Below, in pieces: positions 48,037 to 59,025 of a stretch of 64,000 bases of DNA. The stretch comes from Heptranchias perlo (taxonomy: Eukaryota), in the NCBI RefSeq assembly GCF_035084215.1, contig NC_090328.1, positions 43,772,001 to 43,836,000 on the forward strand, written 5' to 3'. A program made the position numbers and the translations under genes. Position 1 is the stretch's first letter, and each line of letters begins with the position of its first letter. The notes beneath the pieces were generated by a model. The model ran no database searches and was not told the origin of the DNA. It worked only from the letters and a program-made list of their open reading frames with translations.

Positions 48037-50613
48037 CAAGGAAACCTCCTGCTGATTACCACCTACCGCCCTCCCTCACCTGATGAATCAGTCCTCCTCC
48101 ATGTTGAGCACCACTTGGAGGAAGCACTGAGGGTAGCAAGGGCACAGAATGTACTCTGGGTGGGGGACTTCAATGTTCATCACCAGAGTGGCTCGGTAGC
48201 ACCACTACTGACCGAGCTGGCCGAGTCCTGAAGGACATAGCTGCCAGACTGGGCCTGCGGTAGGTGGTGAGAAAACCAACATGAGGGAAAAACTTACTTG
48301 ACCTGGTCCTCACCAATCTACCTGTCGCAAATGCATCTGTCCATGACAGTATTGGTAGGAGTGACCACCGCACAGTCCTCGTGGAGACGAAGTCCCGTCT
48401 TCACACTGAGGATACCATCCAAAGTGTTGTGTGGCACTACCACCGTGCTAAATGGGATAGATTCAGAACAGATCCAGCAGCTCAAAACTGGGCATCCATG
48501 AGGTGATGTGGGCCATCAACAGCAGCAGAATTGTATTCCAGCACAATCTGTAACCTCATGGCCCGGCATATTCCTCACTCTACCATTACCAATAAGCCAG
48601 GGGATCAACCCTGGTTCAATGAGGAGTGTAGAAGAGCATGCCAGTAACAGCACCAGGCGTACCTAAAAATGAGGTGCCAACCTGGTGAAGCAACAACTCA
48701 GGCCGACATGCATGCTGAACAGTGGAAGCAACATGCTATAGACAGAGCTAAGTGATTCCACAACCAACGGATCAGATCAAAGCTCTGCACATCCAGTCGT
48801 GAATGGTGGTGGACAATTAAACAACTAATGGGAGGAGGAGACTCTGCAAACATCCCCATCCTCAATGATGGCGGAGTCCAGCACGTGAGTGCAAAAGACA
48901 AGGCTGAAGCATTTGCAACCATCTTCAGCCAGAAGTGCCGAGTGGATGATCCATCTCGGCCTCCTCCCGATATCCCCACCATCACAGAAGCCAGTCTTCA
49001 GCCAATTCGATTCACTCCACGTGATATCAAGAAACGGCTGTGTGCACTGGATACAGCAAAGGTTATGGGCCCCGACAACATCCCGGCTGTAGTACTGAAG
49101 ACTTGTGCTCCAGAACTAGCTGCGCCTCTAGCCAAGCTGTTCCAGTACAGCTACAACACTGGCATCTACCCGACAATGTGGAAAATTGCCCAGGTATGTC
49201 CTGTCCACAAAAAGCAGGACAAATCCAATCTGGCCAATTACCGCCCCATCAGTCTACTCTCAATCATCAGCAAAGTGATGGAAGGTGTCGTCAACAGTGC
49301 TATCAAGCGGCACTTACTCACCAATAACCTGCTCACCGATGCTCAGTTTGGGTTCCGCCAGGACCACTCAGCTCCAGACCTCATTACAGCCTTGTTTCAA
49401 ACATGGACAAAAGATCTGAATTCCAGAGGTGAGGTGAGAGTGACTGCCCTTGACAACAAGGCAGCATTTGACCAAGTGTGGCACCAAGGAGCCATAGTAA
49501 AATTGAAGTCATTGGGAATCAGGGGAAAAACTCTCCAGTGGCTGGAGTCATACCTAGCACAAAGAAAGATGGTAGTGGTTGTTGGAGGCCAATCATCTCA
49601 GCCCCAGGACATTGCTGCACGAGTTCCTCGAGGCAGTGTCCTAGGCCCAACCATCTTCAGCTGCTTCATCAATGACCTTCCCTCCATCATAAGGTCAGAA
49701 ATGGGGATGTTCGCTGATGACTGCACAGTGTTCAGTTCCATTCGCAACCCCTCAAATAATGAAGCAGTCCGAGCCCGCATGCAGCAAGACCTGGACAACA
49801 TCCAGGCTTGGGCTGATATGTGTCATGTAACATTCGCGCCAGACGAGTGCCAGGCAATGACATCTCCAACAAGAGAGAGTCTAACCACCTCCCCTTGACA
49901 TTCAATAGCATTACCATCGCCGAATCCCCCACCATCAACATCCTGGGGGTCACCATTGACCAGAAACTTAACTGGACCAGCCATATAAATACTGTGGCTA
50001 CAAGGGCAGGACAGAGGCTGGGTATTCTGCGGCGAGTGACTCACCTCCTGATTCCCTAAAGCCTTTCCACCATTTACAAGGCACAAGTCAGGAGTGTGAT
50101 GGAATACTCTCCACTTGCCTGGATGAGTGCAGCTCCAACAACACTCGAAGCTCGACACCATCCAGGACAAAGTAGCCCGCTTGATTGGCACCCCATCCAC
50201 CACCCTACACATTCACTCCCTTTACCACCGGCGCACAGTGGCTGCAGTGTGTACCATCCACAGGATGCACTGCAGCAACTCGCCAAGGCTTCTTCGACAG
50301 CACCTCCCAAACCCGTGACCTCTACCACCTAGAAGGACAAGGGCGGCAGGCACATGGGAACAGCACCACCTGCACGTTCCCCTCCAAGTCACACACCATC
50401 CTGACTTGGAAATATATCGCTGTTCCTTCATCGTCGCTGGGTCAAAATCCTGGAACTCCCTTCCTAACAGCACTTTGGGAGAACCTTCACCACACGGACT
50501 GCAGCGGTTCAAGAAGGCGGCTCACCACCACCTTCTCAAGGGCAATTAGGGATGGGCAATAAATGCCGGCCTTACCAGTGGCGCCCACATCCCATGAACG
50601 AATATAAAAAAAA
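48037..50613 (+). mobile_element. Longest 'family B' CR1-group LINE (partial APE endonuclease, RT and tail), with stops and frameshifts
   Basis: TTYRPP, VGDFNVHH, LDLVLTN, SDH (endonuclease); MGPDNIP, NYRPISLLSIISKVME, QFGFR, AFDQVWHQG, PRGSVLGP, FINDL, FADD (RT); tail CATCCCATGAACGAAT plus A-run. Confidence 0.95.
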
Positions 50614-52153
50614 ATCCAAATTCTACTCAGAACTTCAGCAGGAGAGCGGCAGAAATTCTGGAGAAGCAGCACAAATGGGCATCTTTAGCCATTTATGCCG
50701 TTTCTCCAGGGGTTCCATTGGAGAACTCCCACGGAAATTCCAGCTGAATTTTTTTTGCAGTCTACGAATATTTGCTAATCATAGTGACAAACATAGCATT
50801 TGCAAACTGTTGGTTGTGTAATATACAATTGTCCAAATAGTGAATTAAGAACATTCTCATGCCTGACAAATAATTTAGCTCAAAAATCTAAGTTTTAAAA
50901 ATGGCATCAAATATTTGAGTGTAAATAAACAAACCATAATTATTTGTGCAAAAAGAATACTTCCCAGGGTACAATGCAGTAATCCCACTTTCATTTTGAA
51001 GTTTTTTTTCACTCTACCGGTTCCAGTGTGGGCCAGGCATTTTACATTTAACTTGTTCCCAGGCCTACATTACTCTGTAACCATCCTTCCGGCAGGCTGT
51101 GTCTCCCCAATCCACATCGCTACTCTGCAACTTTCCCACATGCCAAGGCTGAGACTGACAACTAATTTTATAGGAAATCACAAATGCCAGGCTCATGATA
51201 TCAATTTGTGGCATTGTATATAGCAAGCTGCTTGACGCACTGCACTTTAATATCCCACATATCAGTCTGAGCAATTCTGCTTTCCATCTGAATACAGCAA
51301 ATGGATATACTTTTCCGGTTATAAAGAATGAAGTTGTACAATGTTCGGATTATTTTTGAAACTGGTCACTGTAGTCAAAAGTTTGTTCCTTCACCACAGG
51401 CTGGAGACAGAATTCTTTACTGTGAGGGTGTCAAGTGCTGTGTTTAATATTGTTTCCCCTTGTTGTGACAATGTCGCCATGAGAAAATTGCAAATGGGAG
51501 GTCCATGCTATTATGTTTATTTCTTTTGTGGTTATGCAGAAATGTCAAAGGTGAGAAAGAAGAGGTAAAGCCTGGGTAGCATGTCCAGAATTTCTGAAGA
51601 AACATGAATGTATATTATTACTACACATTAGAATAAAACACTACAAACAAAGACCCAGTATTATTTGCCCAAATGTTTGCCAATCCACACATCAGGGTTT
51701 GTTTGTACTGTCCGTTGTTATTCTGTAGCTGAAATTTGGTGGATGTTTCTGTGCTGGGTAAGTCAGGGCACTCCATATGCTTCGCCGTGCATGAAAAAAT
51801 CGTGTACAATTATAGTACTGAACATACATCTCCTGTTAAAATGGGCCCCAAGGGCAATAGATTCATATCTGAACACTGTTAGCAAGTAAAATGGGGATTG
51901 CAATTCCACTCAAAACTATGGCTAAATATTCCCTGCAGCCCTGTGCATCCAATTTGACCACAGTGCTAAGTTTTTTTTTCTGGGCCTTTTTCAGGGTTGT
52001 ACACCAAGCTGCAGTTCATGGCTCTGTATCTAGGAGAACTCTGCCAAAACTTACAGCACACTAAAAAAAAATATGTTTTCTTTCATTTGCAGCTTCGCAA
52101 CAGATTTATTATTTATGGAGAATTTCCATAAAGTTTTATCAAGAATAAAAAAA

Positions 52154-53110
52154 TTTTTTTCAAAAAATATACTTTATTCATAAAATTTGCAGCAATACAT
52201 ACAATACAGTTGCCATATCACATTCCAAACGTACACAATACAGATTATACAATTTGCAGGTTACATCAAGTACAGTTCAATGAACACATTGGACTATAAT
52301 TACAGTTCATGACACTCTAGGGTGCCTCATTGCAATACACTCAATACACATTTTTGATAACAGGTACGTTACAGATTCTTTACAGGTTCATTACAGATTC
52401 ATTACAGTTACATTACATCAGTTAGAATTTTACATTCTGCCCGAGGGGTTTTTCCCCTGATTGCAGCCCCTCGGTTTACAATGGCGGGAAGGCTCTAAAC
52501 GGTTGCCTTTCCCCACAGAGCTTTTGCGGCGGCCGCACCCATCCTCAGTGCGTCCCTCAGCACGTAGTCCTGGACCTTGGAATGTGCCAGTCTGCAACAC
52601 TCGGTCGAGGACAGCTCCTTGTACTGGAAGACCAGCAGGTTTCGGGCAGACCAAAGGGCGTCTTTCACCAAGTTGATGGTCTTCCAGCAGCAGCTGATGT
52701 CCGTCTCAGTGTGCGTCCCCGGGAACAGCCCGTAGAGCACAGAATCCTGTGTTACAGAACTGCTCGGGACGAACCTGGACAGATACCACTGCATCTCTCT
52801 CCAGACCTTCTTTGCAAAGGCACATTCCAGAAGGAGATGGCTGACGGTCTCGTCTCCACCGCAGCCTCCTCGGGGACAGCGCGCGGTGGCACTGAGAGTC
52901 CGGGAGTACATGAAGGATCTGACGGGAAGGGCCCTTCTCACCACCAGCCAAGCTAGGTCTTGGTGCTTGTTTGAAAGCTCTGGCGATGAGGCGTTCTGCC
53001 AAATGACATTGACAGTCTGCTGGGGGAACCAACCGACAGGATCCACCATCTCCTTTTCCCGCAGGGTCTCGAGGACGTTACGTGCGGACCACTTGCTGAT
53101 CGCCTTGGTC
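52154..53110 (-). mobile_element. Tx1-clade (L1 group) LINE 3' fragment
   Basis: ORF 52495-53115 has the zf-RVT C-terminus (DLAWLVVRRALPV..CPRGGCGGDETVSHLLLECAFAKKVW..ALWSARNLLVF); 3'UTR ends in AATAAA plus an A-run on -. Confidence 0.9.
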
Positions 53111-53964
53111 AGCAATAAATTATGCCCTGAAAAAATGTTAACCTTTCACCATTCAGATTTTACATTCAGGTTTCAGCCAAGTGCCTTCTCTACGGTACAA
53201 CTTATATATCAGCCTGCACGACAGTCACCTTCCTTTTAACTGCTAAATGAAATGCTGCATATGTGTGACATTTACAAATGAAATACACAATCAAACTCCT
53301 AACATAACTCCCATAGTAAGAGCTTTTCAATAATCACAATGGGTTGGTGATAGCATTAAAACAGTGCATTGCTTTCTCGAGATCTTGAAAGAGCATAGTT
53401 CCACCTCACAAAACTGCTTCTGAACATTTACATCAGAACCAAGCATTTGACCAAAATGTCTACTTGCAATTTTACTTTTTTTTCTTAAAGTTCTTCACAT
53501 TGATGCTGTGTTGGCAGGACAATTGACCTGGATGGTCAAAGGCTTGAAATAAGTGTTAGAAATTACAATATAAACTCAGCACTATCTAACACCTGCTGAA
53601 GATACCCTTATCTGTAACTGAGTGGAAAAGATTTTGTTTGTATCTGACAATATAAAATACTTATTTCTGAAAAACTGTTATTCAGAACCACTATATGTGA
53701 TCTGGATATGGTCGTTTTTCTTTTTAAAAAAATATAATTTCTCCATTCTGATACCTCTCTTCAGCTTCCTTTTGAGAGGGGAGGAGTGACCTGAAAATTG
53801 CAAATGGGAGGGTTACAGAATGGAAAATGTAGGTAGGCAACCAGCAACGAATGCCACTCTTGAGTCAAGCACTAGGAGGTAGCCTATAGCCCAGAGCATT
53901 GTGAGGTGATTAGCTTTCCAACTTCCCTTCCTCTTTGTGGAGGAGCACCTTGATTTTATAGCAA

Positions 53965-54150
53965 AATGAAAACAAGCTGCAAATGCTGAAAATCTGAAAT
54001 AAAAACAGAACTTTCTGGAAATTCACAGCAAAGCCAAAGGAAACAGGTTAATATTTTGACGTAAGGTCTCAATGTGAAGCATTAACCTTAATGGATGTTT
54101 TACCTTTTCAGATGCTCATGAAGTTACTGTGTACTTCCATCATTTTTTAT
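53965..54150. mobile_element. Degraded Penelope-derived inverted fragment
   Basis: CTGCAAATGCTGAAAATCTGAAATAAAAACAGAA..CTGGAAAT, with a weak inverted partner; related to 55035-55105. Confidence 0.45.
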
Positions 54151-54169
54151 AAATTTCAGCACCTTGATT

Positions 54170-54680
54170 CTGACAGATACTTACAAAGCAAGTCAGTGTC
54201 AGCAGTCTTTGATGGAAGCTCAAATGGCTGCCATGCAGACTCTGGCCTCTACCTTGGAGAGACAGGTGTTCACCTTGGACAGATTGAAGGACCGAATAGA
54301 TGTGGGCTTTCAAGAAGTCACTCATCTTCTGCAATCTGCTCTCCCGCAGATCAGTGGAAGTGATGAGCCCCACGGCAGTTATCGAGGTGCGATGGGAGCG
54401 GCGTGTGTTGCCCACTCTCAGGATGTCAGCATGTCTGCTCCTCCGCCACCCCCTCAACCGATACCCACCATGTTCCAGAAAGTCAGCTGGGCCAGACTGC
54501 CCCAGCAGTAGCCAAGGTGCAGCAGTCTGCAGCCGGGTCCTCACAGGCTCGAGTGCCCGGAAGTCAAAATCCATGAGCATTTCAAAACTCCCAATATGAG
54601 GAACAGCAGCCTTCCACCAGCTTTGCTGGGGGCACTAGGTGGCACCTGATAGGAGTAGTAGAGTTAAGAAGGCACCATGG
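54170..54680 (+). pseudogene. Isolated remnant of the Harbinger partner-gene last exon
   Basis: MEAQMAAM..VGFQEVTHLLQSAL..AAVCSR(AGSSQARV)..QQPSTS, homologous to 3550-3990 and 30442-30900. Confidence 0.6.
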
Positions 54681-55034
54681 GTTAACATCTGAGTGAGAAA
54701 TGAATGCAAGGCAATTATTACGCTTACCATTAATTACCTTTATCATATTTGGTGCACAGTCTCGCCATGTTCTCACTGCACCAAAGACTCCACTTGGACG
54801 TTGGTATATAGCTGCTGTAACAAACCTCAGAAACCTGCAGTAGCTTAAAGGGGCACGAAGCAACAACATTTCCAGGAAATTGACAGTAATCCATTGATTG
54901 AGAGATCCATATCAATGGCCTCTACATCAACTCCACTGACCTCTGTACCCAAAAAGAAAGGACTCCGAGTCATTGTGATGATGCTCCTAAGAGTGCTGAA
55001 TGCCTGTTGCATGGAGGTACAACGTAATTTCAGA

Positions 55035-55105
55035 GTTATTAAAACAGAAAATGCTGGAAACACTCAGCAGTTCAGGTAGCATCTGTGGAGAGAGAAACAG
55101 AGTAC
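55035..55105. mobile_element. Penelope-type terminal fragment
   Basis: AAAACAGAAAATGCTGGAAACACTCAGCAGTTCAGGTAGCATCTGTGGAGAGAGAAACAGAGT, which I recall as a common chondrichthyan Penelope-derived repeat. Confidence 0.5.
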
Positions 55106-55893
55106 AGTCCATTCAGTGTTGTTGAGGTGGTAATAATGGGAAATATGGTATATGATGACATTCCATCATTAGTGTGTCATTGGTGCTATTTTAGGATGTG
55201 AGCTTCTATCACTCAATGACCCTAGAAGATTGCTATGGGGGCAGAAATGGTCTGAGACCCCGTGAGGCTGGTCCGCACCCAAATTTCTGCCCTCGTACTG
55301 GGGTTACATTGGGAAACTGGCGTAACTTGAGAGGAAAATTCTCCCTATTATGTGCAAAGATGCATACAATCATGGGATTTGAGCCTGAAAATATGACCAA
55401 CGCTCCCACATTACTCAGTAATAGAAACCCAATTTGATTTATTCAATTACTGTAAATCAGTGTGCATAATAATAGTTGCATCAGTCAATATAATGTATCC
55501 ACTGACTCACCATGAGCCATGCCATGGGAAATCCACTAGTATTAATATACATTTTCTGATCCAAGCATACCCCTCGAATACAGAATCCTGATCCAAGCTT
55601 AAAATATCCCCTCATTATCTGTTTGTGTGATGCTCAACACACTAAATATAGTCAACATGCTGCCAATTGTCATCTAGAGACAGCAGTGCATTTTAGGAAT
55701 CTAATCATTTTATGTAAAGTATATGTTTTTGTTAAATATCTTCTGTGTTTGTTTGCACTGAATAGCTGAATGAATGATTAAATGGGCTGTCATATACAGA
55801 ATTGCAAATTGCTTGTTTCATTTGCAATTTACAGAAATATCTCATTAAGCAGCTATGTATTTATCAGGATTCAATGATATGTAAAGAAATGCA

Positions 55894-56006
55894 GGGGTAG
55901 ATTTTCAACCTGCCATCCGAGGAATGTAAATTGGGTGGCTTCTACAATGGACGGCCAATCTTCAAGGCCAGTTTTGCGTTCGGGCAACAAGTTGAAAATC
56001 TACCCC
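55894..56006. mobile_element. 113-bp MITE
   Basis: Perfect 16-bp TIR GGGGTAGATTTTCAAC / GTTGAAAATCTACCCC. Confidence 0.8.
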
Positions 56007-57791
56007 ATAGTTTATTATATCGACAGTTATCAGCTATTTCTATTACTGGACTTAAAATATTTCCCAACATATTGCTAATGTGATGTAGGGTTCAATGTGC
56101 TGTAGGGTTACTGTGTCCAAGCTTTTGCCTCTTATGAGTCACATAGGTACACAGCATGAAGCCTTGGGAAACTCATATAAGGGCTGATTCCATGGCACAG
56201 TGTGCTTGGAGAACAGGTGCACAATTGGTGCAGAAGCAGTGCTGATTTAGGAAAATTTCTTTCTGGCCTGCTAGTTCCGTGCTTTTCTATTTTTAGTAAG
56301 TTGAAGTGCTTGCGCCCACTTCCTGCAACAAACTTGCAACATAGAGGCGGCCCATCAGTGGTAGGCAAGGTAAACTCTGCACTCAGGTGTTATGCCTGTG
56401 GCTCATTCCCAGCTAGCACTGCAATATAATTGCTGCCAAGTGTCCAAATAGAAGCCCTTGAAAGATTTAAGTGTGGCTAGGCTTCAATTGTACGTTGCAT
56501 TTTGGCTGTAACTCCTAACAGGAAGCCCATATACATTTCTTTAAATTAGCTGACCTAGCAAATCTGGCAAAATCAGCTCCCAGGGCCATTTTTGCCAGGA
56601 TCGTGAAATTGGCCAAATAAAGTTTTTTTTTAGATAGGTATATATATCAGATTGTTCATAGCAACAGTTTCTTATTTAGGATTTACTCCAAGCTTGCCAC
56701 CAGCCCTAACTTTAGCAGCAGTGCTGTCACGTGAATTGGGTAGTGTTACAGGCTCAGAAGGTTTGAAGAGCCAAGTAATGATTTCCCCAGTCTGCCTTCT
56801 CCCGAGACACCAGCAACAAATATAAATGCTGCTGACCACCATTTTCTCTGGTTGTGGGCAGGCTGAATTTTCAATGAGGTTGTAAAAGCCAATAATGTGG
56901 CTCCCCATTCGCTGGCCTGCACAGACGTCAGGGAAGTTCTGCTGTCAGAAATTAAAGTCATGATTTGCAACTTTCAAATAACTATGAATACATAAGCTAG
57001 CACGTGTGCAGTATTTGTGTATTGCTGCTGGTGTTGTGGAATCCACTATGCCGTGTAAATGAGGCAGATTCCAAACATATTCAGGTGCACGGTTGAGATC
57101 TTCTGAGGCAATGCCAGATGACACGGCTCTTTAAGAAATGCGTAGGAGGGTGAATGGTGTTTGAGCACATGCTCCCTATAAACAAACTTCCCCATAAATC
57201 AGTTCCTACGATACAGCATTGCTTCCAAAGCAGACAAAATATTTCAAGAAACAGAGGCTATTGCAATAGTTGTCCACCAGGCTTTTTAGAAAAGGACAGT
57301 AGCAAAGATCCATTCATTCCTCCTGCATGTACGTTCTAGGGGATGCTGAAACATGATTGGCCAATTCATAAATCAATCCGATAGAGATCAGCCCCATGGT
57401 GGAAAGATACATTAGTCATGGTTTTGGAATGCATTTTATTTTAGCTAGTGGTTATTGATGAGCTAATTCCACTGGTGCATGTATATGTCAGCTCAATGAT
57501 TTTATTTAATAACAGCAAGCCATCACATAAGCACTCTTTCTGCCTCATGATGTGAAAGTTTTGGAATTCTGAATATTTTAATCTGACATTTGAAATAACA
57601 ATAAAATTAGGAGGGAATAAATGATTTGGAAAGATTCATATTTAAAGCAAAAGTGTACAGTCAATACCTTACTTGGCATGTTGATTAAAAGTAGGCAAAC
57701 ATTAAGGAACATATTAGCTGATACTTTTAGGAAAGACTAAGGTAACTGTTAAGTGGATGCTGCTGTCCTTTTCAAAGGTGTTTGATAGTTG

Positions 57792-58270
57792 CCAGTGTTA
57801 GCTTGCCTCAGTTAGCAGCACACTTGTCCCCAAGTCAGAAGGGTTTGATTCAAATCCCACTTCAGGACTTGAGCACAAAATCTAGAATGAGATGAAGTGA
57901 ATGCTACATTGTTGGAGGTGCTTCATTCAGCTGAGATGTTAAACACAGATCATGTCTATCTTATATTGTGGACAGTAAGGTAGGCATATACTAAGGACTA
58001 TATTAGTTGGTATATCTCGGCACTATTCAAAGAAGATCAAGGAGTTTTCCTGCTACCCTTGTCAACATTCCTCCCTCAACCAACACCATTACAAAAAACA
58101 AGTTAACTGGTCATTCATCTCATTGCCGTTTTTATCATCTTGCTCTGTGCAAAGTGGCTACTCTATTTTCCAACATAATAACAGTCATTGTGCTTCAATT
58201 ATATATGAAGTACTTTGAGACACCTCTGAGCTGTAATAAGATGCTATATAAATTCAAATCTTTCTTTTTA
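57792..58270 (+). mobile_element. Old, diverged Deu-domain SINE
   Basis: Degenerate tRNA head (TTCAAATCCCAC), CAACATTCCTCCCTCAACCAACACC core, GCTATATAAATTCAA tail. Confidence 0.75.
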
Positions 58271-58675
58271 TTAAGGTAGGATTAATTTCTTGTGATGTTT
58301 TGATCACACCTCTCAACTGTTCCATTTTAATAAGGATGTTGCAAACATTAAATAGTATCACTGAGAAAAGTAGCAGTGGTGGACAACACTACCAGGCTGG
58401 CAAATACAGCTGATTTGATGGCTCTACAGAAAACCATGCTTTTACCCAAGAGCTGATTCAAATCTCATCCTTTTAATGCATTGCAGGTTGAGAGGCATTA
58501 TTGTTTTAGACGCCGCTAGCTGCAAACGCTAAAAGCCTGTTAAAGAAAGATTTCTAAGGGAGGATGTTTGTTTAAAAGGACCATTTATTCAAGTGTGAAT
58601 TCATTTCTGGGGCAGAATATCTCTGGATCATGAAGAATTACTAATGTGGCCATTCCCGTAGTAAGAAAGTATTGG

Positions 58676-58850
58676 TGAAATTTCCACGGGGATTCCTCCG
58701 AATCATCTGCTGCAACTTGGGTGGAAGATCTGAGGAAACCCTGTAGAAATGGCGTAAATGGTGTTTGCATCGTTTCTCCGGGGTTTATGTGGATCTTCCA
58801 CCAAACATATAGTGGTGGACCGGTAGAACCTCCATGGAAATCAGTGGCGT
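58676..58850. mobile_element. Palindromic MITE remnant (related to 11438, 14029, 50615-50750, 63165-63280)
   Basis: ATTTCCACGGGGATTC / GAACCTCCATGGAAAT outer arms and GGTGGAAGATC / GATCTTCCACC inner arms. Confidence 0.55.
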
Positions 58851-59025
58851 ATGGTCTTAAGCAAATATGTTATCTGTCTCAACTACACTAAAATATATAC
58901 AGCACATAATAGTCTCAGTGTGACATGATATTTATACAATGAGTGGAACTGACTGTATAACATGTATGTGACAGGCCTATAAGTTTTATATTCAAATGAC
59001 ACATGTTGTATGAATCTTACGATTG

